DNA of 63,983 nucleotides, filler included, from Trichomonas gallinae (lineage: Eukaryota), in NCBI GenBank assembly GCA_008369845.1. It is 10 parts of 10 records of this genome, joined end to end, with 100 filler letters (N's around TTAATTAATTAA, not from the genome) between each part and the next. Parts side by side here need not be neighbours in the genome. Positions count along the whole stretch, not along the records: positions 34,792 to 55,537 come from MRSU01000415.1; positions 55,638 to 59,896 come from MRSU01000423.1; 8 more parts are not named here. One strand, 5' to 3'. Shown here piece after piece: positions 45,641 to 56,935 of the stretch. The notes under the pieces were generated by a model. The model made no database searches and had not been told where the DNA came from. It saw only the letters and a list, made by a program, of their open reading frames with translations. How positions within the stretch are numbered: position 1 is the first letter of the stretch; each line of letters starts with the position of its first letter. Made by a program: the position numbers and the translations under genes.

Positions 45641-46039
45641 GTATTACGCAGGTAGATAGTGATAGTACATCTACATGATGTTGGCTGTTTCTTTTGAGAA
45701 ACTTTCACTTCTCAAGTTGATCATTTTTATTTCACTCGCGATGTATAATACAAATCAACTTCATCATTACAAGCAGAGTCTGACATAGATCAGACAACTC
45801 GAATAAGAGAAAAAAAATAAAAACAATTATCTATAATCGTATGAATGGCTAGCCAAATTCATCATCATAAGCATCGAAGTCAAAAATCAGCTTACATGCC
45901 AAATATTAATCGTTTACATGTCAAAATAGTGATTACATGACAAATGTTAGGTGTCATAAAAGTGCTAAAATTTTCTATCGTCGTCCAGCGTGAGACACAC
46001 AGAAGGGAAAAAAAAAAATAAAAAAGATTTTAGAAGTTT

Positions 46040-47773
46040 ATGGAGCCGTACGTGTTTCTTTATCCTGAGCAACACATCGAAGAAATACAGGCAGCCTTCG
46101 AGAAGTTTAAGTCACAAGTTGAATTATTCACAGAGCAGCCAGGCGAAATAAATCAAGATTTCATCAGACTTATTTACGACCTTTCACATGTTGTCCACCA
46201 CCATGGCTTCGGCGAGGAGTTCCTTGAGAAGTGCTTCACATTTCTCGAGACTCATCCCGAATCACTTTCGCCAGAAGCGAGATCTGCTCTCGTTCAGGCC
46301 GTAATCGTCCTCCACAACCACAAAGTCATCGAAACTGTCGACCTTATCGATCACTTCGTCCCACTGTTCCGCATAAACGACAAAAACGTGAGAAGAACAA
46401 TATATGGACATTTTTACAATCGAATTCCTTACCATCAGACTCCGCAAATCAAGAAGGAGTTGCAGAAATACGTCCAACATGAGGACTCAAGAGTCTCCTT
46501 CAAGACATTGAAGCTCATTATCGATATTTTCCACAAAGAAAATAAAGAAGATTCGCAAACAATCAATTTCATTGCTCGTTGCATAGATATCAAGAACCCA
46601 CGTCTCGTCAATGCCCTCGTTTCATTCTTTTTGGATCCTTACACACCGAAACAAGAATCTTTGATTGACGAAGACGATCTAGAAGAGATGAGGAAGCAAG
46701 CGGAGCACCAAATCCTTATTAACGGTAAGACAAAGAAGAACAAGAAACAATTAGAAAAAGTTAAGCACATGAAAGCTTCAATTCCACAAGATCCTGTTCA
46801 AGTTCTTTCCTCTTTAGATGATCCACTTAAACTTACAATCAGACTGTTCTCCCTGCTCTCACAGCCTGAACACGTCAAGATATTCAAGACAAGAGAGTCT
46901 CAATTACGTGCAATGGAATTAATTTCGAAATTAATCTACAATTTCACATTAGATTTCGACAAATTCTTTACATGGGCAGAGCGCTTCATCCGTCCTAACT
47001 ACGAAGATATCACAAAACTCCTTTCTGTTGTCGCATCAGCAGTTCATTCAACAACAAACGTAGAAACAGTTGCAGAAATATGCAGAACGATTGCTAACAA
47101 CTTTGTCGTCGATCATCTTGACGAAGAAGTCCAAATTGTCGGTATGAACACAATTCGCGAAATTTGCGCAAGAAATCCACACGGCATGACACCTGAATTA
47201 CTCGAAGACCTTACAGCATATAAGAAATCAGACAGAAAGGGCGTAGTTATGGCTGCAAGAGGTATTATACAAGTCTTCAGAGATCAAAGGCCAGATATCT
47301 TACCGAAACGCGAGCGTGGAAAGCCAACAGGCGAAGAACAGGAGCCATTGGCATTCGGTGAGACAAGAGATAAGAATATTCTCGAAGAACTCGGCGATGT
47401 TGCGATGACAAGATTATTAACAGACGAAGAAATCGAGAAAATCAGGAAGGGCCGTGCAGATGAGGTCGAGGGTAATGAGGATGATGAAACAATCGACGAA
47501 ATGACCATTACAGACGGAAGTAGAGTTCATAAGAGGACAAAAGAGGAAATGGTGGCTGCTGCAAGGGAAGGAAAGCCAGAGAAGCACTCATTCCACAACA
47601 AGAAGGAGGATAAAACAGCTGGTTTCTCGAACAAGGACAAATTGAAATTCAAACCATTCATGCTTACTAGATTTAGATCTGACTCCGGCTGGGTCAAGAA
47701 CAAGAACTTGAATGCTGTTCAAAAAGAGAAGAAGAAGAGAGAAGGAAAGCTTAAGACACTTAAGATGAGATAA
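46040..47773 (+). CDS. SDA1: SDA1 (60S ribosome biogenesis factor)
   Basis: Motifs IANNFV, VGMNTIREICARNP, LLEDLTAYK, KGVVMAARGIIQVFR, LPKRERGKP, TRLLTDEE and SNKDKLKFKPFM. Confidence 0.93.
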   Translation: MEPYVFLYPEQHIEEIQAAFEKFKSQVELFTEQPGEINQDFIRLIYDLSHVVHHHGFGEEFLEKCFTFLETHPESLSPEARSALVQAVIVLHNHKVIETVDLIDHFVPLFRINDKNVRRTIYGHFYNRIPYHQTPQIKKELQKYVQHEDSRVSFKTLKLIIDIFHKENKEDSQTINFIARCIDIKNPRLVNALVSFFLDPYTPKQESLIDEDDLEEMRKQAEHQILINGKTKKNKKQLEKVKHMKASIPQDPVQVLSSLDDPLKLTIRLFSLLSQPEHVKIFKTRESQLRAMELISKLIYNFTLDFDKFFTWAERFIRPNYEDITKLLSVVASAVHSTTNVETVAEICRTIANNFVVDHLDEEVQIVGMNTIREICARNPHGMTPELLEDLTAYKKSDRKGVVMAARGIIQVFRDQRPDILPKRERGKPTGEEQEPLAFGETRDKNILEELGDVAMTRLLTDEEIEKIRKGRADEVEGNEDDETIDEMTITDGSRVHKRTKEEMVAAAREGKPEKHSFHNKKEDKTAGFSNKDKLKFKPFMLTRFRSDSGWVKNKNLNAVQKEKKKREGKLKTLKMR

Positions 47774-48344
47774 TTTTGTTTTATACTTTCATTTTTATAT
47801 ATATTTTTATTTATATTATATAGTTTTGCATAGAAATAAAGTAATTTTATTTAGAGTTTATATCTTTGTTGAAAAATGATAATTTTTTTTATAAAATCAA
47901 ACACTCACAACTACATATTTAAGCAGTTCATATACTATGGCGAACTGGATCTCGTTCTCATATGAGGAATGCGTATTGATCAACATTGCATACGAGTGAA
48001 TATATCATAAATGATTTTTCTTTTATCATGAGATAAATAATCTGAAAAATCGTTTACATCTATGCAATTCCTTAGCAAGTCTATCAATATGTCCTCTTAC
48101 CATCACATAGTATATCGCTATAGTTTGGGGCAAATCAGCTGAGCAGTTCTGGGTTTCTGAATTTTATTTTTATCACATAATCATTTAGGTCATATTGTGT
48201 CTACAGTTTTGATGTGAAAGGATTCTGCCATAATTACAATGCACAACAAGTTGCACAATATATAATACAATGTATTATGTGCGATAATCTTCATAAAACA
48301 ATTCTAGTCTTTGAGAATTTCTTTGAGAATTTTAATAAACAAGT

Positions 48345-49742
48345 TTAGAATGGAAGTGTATCATAAATAACAGGAAGGTCAACGGCTAATGTTGAAGCTT
48401 GAGAAGCATCTTCAATGCTCAAAGCCATTTCAACATATGAATATGGAACAGCCCAGTAGCTGCAGTCTTTGTTGAGTTTTACGTCTTTGACTTTAGTGAA
48501 AACTTCAGGAAGTCTCCAGTATGGAATTGCAGATGTTGAGAATTTATTTGAAACTGCGCCTGTTTTCTGATTAATCTTATATAAAACAGTAGTTGTGAGG
48601 CCTGTTTGATCTTCATATGATATTGGAATTGAGTGTTGCGAATTATCTGCAACTAATGAATAGAAATAATTTGAATCAAATGGAGAATCACTATTGGCTT
48701 TCAAATAATTATCCTCCGTGCACTCATGGTTCTTGCATGGCTTCCAATTATTAACATCTGTTGGAATTTTGCATATTTCACGATCTTCTTGATAAGAAAT
48801 CCTTCCACGCAAATAATCCAATGTGTGACCATATCCTGACCCATTAAAGCTCTTAACAATAAATGCGCCTTTCGTTAATTGCAAAGTTGAGAATTGTTGT
48901 GGAAAACCAGAAGGAATAAAATCATTATTGTAGCCAACCAAGTTAAACACCATTGGATATTCTGGTCTAGCAACAGCTGGAGAAGCTGGCACGAAGAATT
49001 GTCCACCATCTAAATGTGTAGGTGAAGAAATTAAGCCGCAGTACGTTTCGGATGTTGTAATATGCGAAGGACACATGATTTCTTTCGAAATACATTGTTT
49101 AGAATCTTTAACTCTTTCATCGCTGCATGGAATATAATAATCTGCGTAAATTTCCGGAATACTCATGATTAATGGCCGCTTCTTAGATGCTAGTAGTGCC
49201 TTCATATCATCTACTGTCCTGGCAAATGATGGATCGTTGAATCTGAGCTCCAAATGATTTTTAATTGAACAATCTTTGACAGAAACGCACTCATTAATAG
49301 TTGCGATGGATTTTTTCAAGTTAGGCAGCTTGTTGAAGTATTCATACACTGTTGAAGCCTGCAGATTTCTTACACAAGTTTGATAATTTGAAACATTTTC
49401 ACAATCATGAATTAAAGTGAGATTAAGCAGTAATTCGGAGAGTTCTATGTATTCTGCGCGTTTTGTGACTTCTTTGTAGACTAATTGAAAAGATAAGAAT
49501 GATTCGAGGTGTTGGATAATTGTTATCACAGAATGCGTTAAATAATGTATTTTAGCTTTAGCAGGCACCAAGAAATGATCATCAACGACGTATCTTGTTG
49601 GGTTAAAAGGCAAATATAATTCTGTATCTTTTGTAATAAAGCGATGTTGCAAGCTCATCATGATAGCAATGAATGATATCATAACAGAAGCTATCAAAAC
49701 ACTTAGAGAAGTAAACTGAAATGTTGATTCTTCTTTATTCAT
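48345..49742 (-). CDS. Membrane-anchored Cys-rich protein with a degenerate papain-like C-terminal segment
   Basis: N-terminal TM segment. LVGYNNDF...GAFIVKSFNG..YGH resembles C1A VGY...WIVKNSWG but lacks the His and Asn. Confidence 0.6.
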   Translation of the reverse strand: MNKEESTFQFTSLSVLIASVMISFIAIMMSLQHRFITKDTELYLPFNPTRYVVDDHFLVPAKAKIHYLTHSVITIIQHLESFLSFQLVYKEVTKRAEYIELSELLLNLTLIHDCENVSNYQTCVRNLQASTVYEYFNKLPNLKKSIATINECVSVKDCSIKNHLELRFNDPSFARTVDDMKALLASKKRPLIMSIPEIYADYYIPCSDERVKDSKQCISKEIMCPSHITTSETYCGLISSPTHLDGGQFFVPASPAVARPEYPMVFNLVGYNNDFIPSGFPQQFSTLQLTKGAFIVKSFNGSGYGHTLDYLRGRISYQEDREICKIPTDVNNWKPCKNHECTEDNYLKANSDSPFDSNYFYSLVADNSQHSIPISYEDQTGLTTTVLYKINQKTGAVSNKFSTSAIPYWRLPEVFTKVKDVKLNKDCSYWAVPYSYVEMALSIEDASQASTLAVDLPVIYDTLPF

Positions 49743-50139
49743 AACAAATGTCAATTCATGGCAAAATTGCCGTCAAATCTTTAGTATTTACATGTCAAAA
49801 GAAATTTGTCATATAAAATATTTACATGCCAAATAAGACGATTTACATGACAATTATCCTAATTACATAACATATCAATTTGCAATTTAAGTTGAAGGCC
49901 TCCGGAAAAAAGGGCAGACAAAAATCACTTTAAATTTATAATTGCTATATCATATTACAGTGTAATATGCATATAGTCATATGATTGTCATTAAACTTTT
50001 CGACTTATTCCATTCTTTCATTTGAACACCAATATTAGATAAATAATAGGCATATCATAATCTGATACATCATTTAGATGATTAGAAACTACTGAAAATT
50101 CACCATTTCATTAAAAAATTTCTATAAAACAATTTTATT

Positions 50140-51288
50140 TCATGCATAAAGTCCGATTGGATCCTCTGTTTGAGGCTCATATGATCCAAAAGTCAAGTTT
50201 AGATCAACAACATTGTCGTACAAGATTTCTGCTGGAAAAGCAAAAATCGCGAGTTCTCCTAATGATATATCATAAGTGTTCTCACTGTGAAACTCAAAAA
50301 AGTAATTAGGAAGATTTCTCAATAGTTGTGGTATTCCGAACAGTTCTTCGTATGAATGGTAGCAGGCGATTTCAAACACTGGCCTGTGTTTTTTAATCGT
50401 TTCTATTCCTCCGAGCAAAACTTTTAATCCAACACCTTCAACATCAGCTTTAATGAAGCCGACATCCAGATTCCTTTCTCTAACTTCACTATCTATTGTT
50501 GTCATTTCGACCAAAGTGTCATTTTCGCCGAATTTTGGGGAGATTGAACATGCAGGATCTCCTGAATCATATGTAAACACTAATGACGGTGTGTTAGAGA
50601 TACCTTTACGTATAGTAACAACCTTTTCTTGCAAATTGTTCAGATAAACAGTTTTGTTCAATTGTTTAAAATTGGATTGACTAATTTCATATGAATATAC
50701 TTTTCGTTTTGTGTATTCTTGTAAAATGCAGGCAGAATCACCAAAATATCCGCCTATATCAAGTATATCTTTATCTTGGATATATTTTTTAATACGGAAA
50801 TCTGAAAATCTGAGTCCATGATGGAAATGGAAAACTTCGGCATTCTTCCATGGGACATTATAGTTGTAATAATTGTTCTGCTGCTCTTTTGAATATTCAA
50901 TAAAATGTTTCATTTGATAATCTGTTAAAAAAGGGCACTTACACATTTTGTCGCAGTTTATTATGCATTCTGCTGCATAATCTAATGCAGAAATGGATTC
51001 TGGGCTTTGATTTACTTTAAAAGTTTCGAAAGATTCAGCAACAAAGTTCCAAGCGCGTGTTTTGTATTTTGCTATGAGTTCATTCACGATATCCGACATT
51101 GGCAATTGGTTATAATGATGATCTAGTCTTGGTGATGTAAAATTATAATGATGCCTAGAAATTTGGAATGTATATCGTGGAATTAAACGATTTATTTCGT
51201 ATATATAGTACAGTAGTATTATATACATGAAAATGAAATCCTGTATTTTAGGTTTATGCTTTTTTCGGATCCTATCATAAGCAGACAT
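50140..51288 (-). CDS. FkbM-family SAM-dependent methyltransferase (type II membrane anchor)
   Basis: Motifs ILDIGGYFGDSA, VYSYE, MTTIDS, FIKADVEG and IKKHRP..IACYH. Confidence 0.92.
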   Translation of the reverse strand: MSAYDRIRKKHKPKIQDFIFMYIILLYYIYEINRLIPRYTFQISRHHYNFTSPRLDHHYNQLPMSDIVNELIAKYKTRAWNFVAESFETFKVNQSPESISALDYAAECIINCDKMCKCPFLTDYQMKHFIEYSKEQQNNYYNYNVPWKNAEVFHFHHGLRFSDFRIKKYIQDKDILDIGGYFGDSACILQEYTKRKVYSYEISQSNFKQLNKTVYLNNLQEKVVTIRKGISNTPSLVFTYDSGDPACSISPKFGENDTLVEMTTIDSEVRERNLDVGFIKADVEGVGLKVLLGGIETIKKHRPVFEIACYHSYEELFGIPQLLRNLPNYFFEFHSENTYDISLGELAIFAFPAEILYDNVVDLNLTFGSYEPQTEDPIGLYA

Positions 51289-51961
51289 ATATCATAATGA
51301 TCTTAAATTCCATACATTTACATATAATATCCTAAAATATGCATTGTCACAGCATATTATTGATCCCAATGATATCTTATTAATTTATCAAAATAATATG
51401 TACAATCATCAACATATATTTCGTAGTATTTGCTTATATCCTATGTGATAAGTATAATTACATAGTTTATATAGTTCATTCACATTCCAAATATCCAATT
51501 CTTTTCGATTGTTGAAATATAATTAGTTAATGATTGGTTAATAGATTTACATGATCTTACAAGGTTATACAGAATCTGTTCACATCATTCTTAAGCATAA
51601 TAAATAAAAGTTCAAAGTAAATCTCCAATTTTTACATGGCAAGATGTCAAAAATATTGATAAACCATAGTATAACAATTCATTTATATTTGTTAGCTAAC
51701 AAATTTATATCTTGTGCCAAAATTCTAAGCATATAAATGTCAGCCACATTAGAAGAAAGCTCATTTCATGCAAATCATTCACAAGTGCTGACTAATAGTA
51801 AGCAATTCCTTTGGGAAATAGAATTAAGCGAAGCAGCATCTAGGGAAGGTGGAAGGCAGTATCTCATTCTCAAATAAGAATCAAATATTAATATAGCGGC
51901 CCATTTTGCCTTTGACTTATGATGATTTCAGACAAATTGACACTTTTTGCAACAATTTTAC

Positions 51962-52525
51962 ATGTTTCTTTTTGCTAACTTTGCAGCGTGCGGGTTATTG
52001 TCTGGACTTGCCTGCGGAATGTGCTCTGGAAAAATAGCTAGTGCAAAGAAAAATTTTTCAAATTTCTGGGATACATATGATTTTACAGATAATTGCAAAG
52101 AGATCTCTAAAACAAATCTCGAGATTTGCAAAGATGCTGCACCACAAGTATTAAAATATATTTTCGACATCGCAACTCCAAGATCTGTCTGCCAAATGAT
52201 CACAATGTGCCCATTCAACCAAACAGGCCTTAAACACAAGCGTAACCCATCTGCTAAATTAGATATATTAAATCAAAAAACAAATAAATGCCAGTTTGGA
52301 AAAGATTTGGCAGATTACCTCACAGGTAAGGGTTTAACAACATATACGATTCCAGTAATGAAGAAGTCTATGAGCCAGATTGCTGATGAGATTCCTGCAG
52401 CAAAACCATACATTTCGAAAGCAAATCAAACAACAATCACCAATTTCATTATGACAATTATTTCGAAGCACACTCCTGAAGAAATTGTCAAGCATACTGA
52501 TCTTTGTGAAGCAAAGGATCTCTAA
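51962..52525 (+). CDS. Saposin-like protein (SAPLIP) with two domains
   Basis: Signal peptide, then CGMC...C...C...TPRSVCQMITMC (six-Cys SAP pattern). The second domain is degenerate (CQFG...TPEEIVKHTDLC). Confidence 0.8.
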   Translation: MFLFANFAACGLLSGLACGMCSGKIASAKKNFSNFWDTYDFTDNCKEISKTNLEICKDAAPQVLKYIFDIATPRSVCQMITMCPFNQTGLKHKRNPSAKLDILNQKTNKCQFGKDLADYLTGKGLTTYTIPVMKKSMSQIADEIPAAKPYISKANQTTITNFIMTIISKHTPEEIVKHTDLCEAKDL

Positions 52526-52727
52526 ATACTAACATTATGATATGAACAATATAAAATAATTGTAATTTATGCTCGTGCATTCTACCATTGTTATTATACC
52601 ACTACTAAACACATAATATATTCTTATTTTTATGTTATATGCTATATTTATACGAATTTCCTGATAAAACCCAATCATTAATCTAATTATTAGGTTATCT
52701 TTGGTCTGCTTTATTTAATGGATAAGA

Positions 52728-53519
52728 ATGAAAGTCGATTGTAAACAAATAAAAGTGATGAAGAATATTGTTTTTTTTTATCTCGACAACGCATATCAAA
52801 ATTTCAACCCTGGCATCATCAAGTGGGCGTTTCAGATAATGAAGCTAGCGTTCTACTTTATGGATCAATCAATCGTTGTAGATGTTCGTGAATTTGTTTA
52901 TAAGTATAATACACTGTTTTTGATCCCGATTCTTCTTTATCCTGCCTTATATCCGATATTTAGATCCATCAATTTAAAAAAATACCACACAATTGCGGAA
53001 TGTGAATTAGAAATGACACAATACAACATTCCAAATGGACACATCGGCGTCGCTACAATCATACTACTCTTAACGATCAATACAAGCCCAATATTTGGTG
53101 TCGCCTTTTTCGTAATTGTTTTTTTAGTTGTTTCTGTCTCAGGAAAGAACAACTTATCTCAAATTTTCATTAGTGTGGCTCTCAGTTCCTTATGCTACTT
53201 CATTTGGTTCTTTTATCCAATATATTATATGTATTTATCAATTGTTTTATGCATTGGTGGCCCAATGCTTTCAATTTGCTTAGTGCGTGCAGATGCTGAA
53301 TACAAGGTAATGTGTAATCAGTCAAAAATGCTGTCTGCAATTGGATATATGCTATTTTATTGCGTTATGCAGTTTTGGTATATGTACAATATTGTTCCAG
53401 AAGGTATCACTCTTTTGATTGCATTTTCATTACAATTCGGTCTTAAATTCTATGAGAATCGTCTTGAATCACACCACAAACTGCTTAAACCAAACGCTGT
53501 TATCAAGCAAAAGCAGTGA
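52728..53519 (+). CDS. Multi-pass membrane protein, possibly a degenerate PAP2 family member
   Basis: About 6-7 hydrophobic segments. IPNGH resembles the PAP2 PSGH motif. The start is uncertain. Confidence 0.55.
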   Translation: MKVDCKQIKVMKNIVFFYLDNAYQNFNPGIIKWAFQIMKLAFYFMDQSIVVDVREFVYKYNTLFLIPILLYPALYPIFRSINLKKYHTIAECELEMTQYNIPNGHIGVATIILLLTINTSPIFGVAFFVIVFLVVSVSGKNNLSQIFISVALSSLCYFIWFFYPIYYMYLSIVLCIGGPMLSICLVRADAEYKVMCNQSKMLSAIGYMLFYCVMQFWYMYNIVPEGITLLIAFSLQFGLKFYENRLESHHKLLKPNAVIKQKQ

Positions 53520-54032
53520 TATACCGATTATAAAATTGTTACCCAGTAAATGTTACTTGTATTTTAATGATCAATTATATTTGCAAGAAAAATGAAAATT
53601 TTGATGCGTGACAAACCCAAATTTATAGAGAGTGAGTCAAATTGTTTGCTACAATCTGGATTAGATAGCTCATGAATCAACAGCAGCCATTATTATGGAT
53701 CTCAAATAAGTAATCGAATATTGATTTTCAAGATAAATATTTTGTTTATCTGGTTACTAGGAAAAAATTTAGGTAAATTATTATAAAAAAGCTCGAATTC
53801 TTAATATATCATCATTCTCTAAGCTCTAAGCTCAGAGTCAAATTACAAATTTTACATGACAAAATGTCAAAATAATAATTTACTGAATTTATTTTAAAAA
53901 TCAACTATATTTGAGCTATAAAATGGATATATTGTGCCAAAAATCACCAAAATCGATTATTTCAAAAAATTTAAAAAATAAACGAATATCCCCTTATATA
54001 GTTTTCAAGACCCTAATATTTATATTTTTTTC

Positions 54033-54932
54033 ATGTTTGAGTGGCTTTGGAGTTGGATCAGCTACTTCTTGTTTGGAAATAAGCAAGAACAGGAGCAGAC
54101 ACAGCCAGATAAGGCGCCAGAAACGAAACCAGAAGAAAATAAAAATCAAACACAAGCAAATACAGCAGCACCGAAGCAACCAGCTAAACCAGCTATCGAC
54201 AAATCGATGTTTATCCAGAGAAATAAGACAGATGAAGTCATAAGAAGAGAATCTGGACAAATAAATGGCAATCAGTTCGTAGGAGCAGATTTAACACGTT
54301 GCAAGGTTATAGTTACAGATTTCTGTGATTCTATGATGTTTGATCGTTGCACAGACTGCGAATTCATTTTATCTGCTGTAAGAGGCTCAATTTTCGCCCG
54401 CACATGCACAAACTGCAAGTTTGTTGTTGTTACAGGCCAATTCCGTTGCAGAGACTGCAATAACTGCGATTTCTTCATGCATGTTAAAACTGGCCCAGTT
54501 GTTGAGTCTTCTCACCAAATCAGAATTGGCTGTGCTGAGATCTCATACCCAGAACTCTACGAGCACATGGAAAAGGCCAGGATTCCAATTCTTCAAAATT
54601 TGTGGATCGATGTTTACAATTTCACACCACAAGATGGCGATTTTACATACGAGAGTGGCGCAAAGCTTCATCTTGACTTACAGAATAACGAAGAATCATT
54701 GCTTCCATTCACTTTTCAGAAAGATTCATCGAAGACTTACTTCACATTCGACTCCACATCATTCGACAAGCAAGCACTGATCAAGCTTACACACCAGGAA
54801 TCTGTTAAAGTCCACAAAATCGTTGAAAAAGATAACAACGCAATTGAACTCTACGCTGAAGCCAACAGCCAAGAGGAAATTGAAAAGGCATTTGCATCAA
54901 TCTCTCCTGTTAACATCAAAAAACTCGAATAA
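54033..54932 (+). CDS. TBCC-domain protein, RP2/XRP2-like
   Basis: Motifs GQINGNQF, DRCTDC, RGSIFARTC, QFRCRDC, PVVESS and WIDVYNFTP. Confidence 0.88.
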   Translation: MFEWLWSWISYFLFGNKQEQEQTQPDKAPETKPEENKNQTQANTAAPKQPAKPAIDKSMFIQRNKTDEVIRRESGQINGNQFVGADLTRCKVIVTDFCDSMMFDRCTDCEFILSAVRGSIFARTCTNCKFVVVTGQFRCRDCNNCDFFMHVKTGPVVESSHQIRIGCAEISYPELYEHMEKARIPILQNLWIDVYNFTPQDGDFTYESGAKLHLDLQNNEESLLPFTFQKDSSKTYFTFDSTSFDKQALIKLTHQESVKVHKIVEKDNNAIELYAEANSQEEIEKAFASISPVNIKKLE

Positions 54933-55120
54933 ATCATTAATGTTGCATCCAAATGATCAAAATTTCATTTTTACATCAAAAATGGATTGCTTCTTTTTCC
55001 TTAAGATCAATTTAAATACATAAGAATGAATAGATGCGATTGTCAATTAAACCTCGAAGATTAAAAAAATAATTTACTAAGAATCTCTTGTTTATATCAA
55101 AAAAATATGGCAAATGCTTC

Positions 55121-55537
55121 TTACTGGACTTCCTGCATCTTCTTGTAGCCCTCATAACGAGACTTCATATCGTTAACAAGCTGTGGGAACTTGGTCTCAG
55201 CCTCCTTTGGATAAATATCACGGAGGGCAGCGAATCTGTTCTCACCCTTGACGAGTGGGTCGAGGTTGTAGTCTGGCTGCTTGCAGTCGACTGTGAGTGG
55301 CTTGGCCTTGGATGGGTTGTAGCGGTAAAGGTTGAGGTAGCCGGACTTGAGGAGTTCCTTGCAGTGCTTTGGTGTTGAGCCGAGGCCCTTCTTGATGCCG
55401 TGGTTGATGCATGGGGAGTAGTTGATGATGAGAGCTGGACCGTTGTACTCCTTAGCCTCCTGGACGGCCTTAAGGCACTGAGCTGGGTCAGCGAGAAGGC
55501 ATGTAGCAGCGACATAGATGTTCTTGTATGTCATAGC
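55121..55537 (-). CDS. PFO: Pyruvate:ferredoxin oxidoreductase, 3' fragment
   Basis: Motifs AMTYKNIYVA, EAKEYNGPALII, SPCINHG, LYRYNP and ENRFAAL, with highly biased codons. Confidence 0.95.
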   Translation of the reverse strand, partial: AMTYKNIYVAATCLLADPAQCLKAVQEAKEYNGPALIINYSPCINHGIKKGLGSTPKHCKELLKSGYLNLYRYNPSKAKPLTVDCKQPDYNLDPLVKGENRFAALRDIYPKEAETKFPQLVNDMKSRYEGYKKMQEVQ

Positions 55538-56935
55538 NNNNNNNNNNNNNNNNNNNNNNNNNNNNNNNNNNNNNNNNNNNNTTAATTAATTAANNNNNNN
55601 NNNNNNNNNNNNNNNNNNNNNNNNNNNNNNNNNNNNNATAGGCCCCTTATGAGCCATATAACACATGGTGCAACTTTCAGCCAAAAATTAAGTGTAGATT
55701 TTATATATTGTACCTTTCATCTAACATTTCATAAGATCGAATTCAAGTGTCAAAGTAAAAACAATGTTTGTACAGATGCACAAAGAGTAGATATGGCATT
55801 GTATGTATTTTATACTTGATTGAGAATAAAATAGGGTGACTTCTGGAGCAACCCCTAAATTAAAGTCTTGTTGTATTCTCGTTGCATATGGGTTAAGCTT
55901 AACTCATTCAAGCGTTTGCCTTGGTTATTGGTGAGGTTCCATATTATTGGGATAAATTTTTGCCTAAATCATTGCTCTCAGATTCTAACATTTACAGAAT
56001 CAGCATCAGAATGTCCTATTTGACATGATCTTATATAAAAATCAGTCCATTAATTCATGACCAAATTTAAATTTACATGTCATAAAAATGGCAAATCCAC
56101 AAGGGTACAAATATTTTTCATTTTGCATGAATTAATTAGATAACACAACACACATCACTGATTTCAAGATAAAATTTTTGTAGCCAAAAAAAGATTTTCC
56201 ATGTAAAATCCATTCTTGGCAATTTCATCCTAATAATTCGATTGGAAATATCATATAGGTTCTGATTAAACTAAGATTTAGGGATTTGTAGACTTTCAAA
56301 TTTTTTTAATTTGTTGTTTTTTTTTATATAAAATATTGCTCATATAAGGAATATATATTGATTTTCCCACAAAATAATGATGTAATTTACCGAATAACTT
56401 TTCAGAAATCATTTTCAATTTTTATTGTTTTGTTTATACCCACAAAAAGTGTTAGATTTAAAATGTATCGATTTATCGTGCAATTTTAATCACTATATAT
56501 TATTCTTTACTATAAAACACATATTATTTTAATATTAAATGATTAAAATCGCATAAATAAAATATTGATATATTAAAAAAGTACAAAAAATGCAAATTTT
56601 CGAGTAATTAAATTTTCATAAAATCTCCTCAAATGTTGGAATTATGAATTTTATGAAATCATTTGTAAATTTTAATAGTTATAGTGTATAAATTCTATAT
56701 TTCGAAAAATAATTATTACTTACGTTAAATTTTACAATTTTATATAATATTGGAATAAGAACATGAAGCTATTTGCAAATCCAAGCTTAATATGTTTTAT
56801 GTAGTATTTTACACCTCCCTCAATTATTGAAAGACCTCAGAATTTTATTAATTTTTAAAAAATTTTAATATCATTAGACTGTACACATAAAAAACATAAT
56901 TATGTCTCAAAAATTGTATTTGTATAATCATTTTT

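Noticed and set aside
45669..45790. Box C/D snoRNA candidate (ATGATGT...CTGA with ATCTA/TAGAT stem)
   Set aside because: Box C is imperfect, the stem is offset by 2 nt, and I recognise no rRNA-antisense element.
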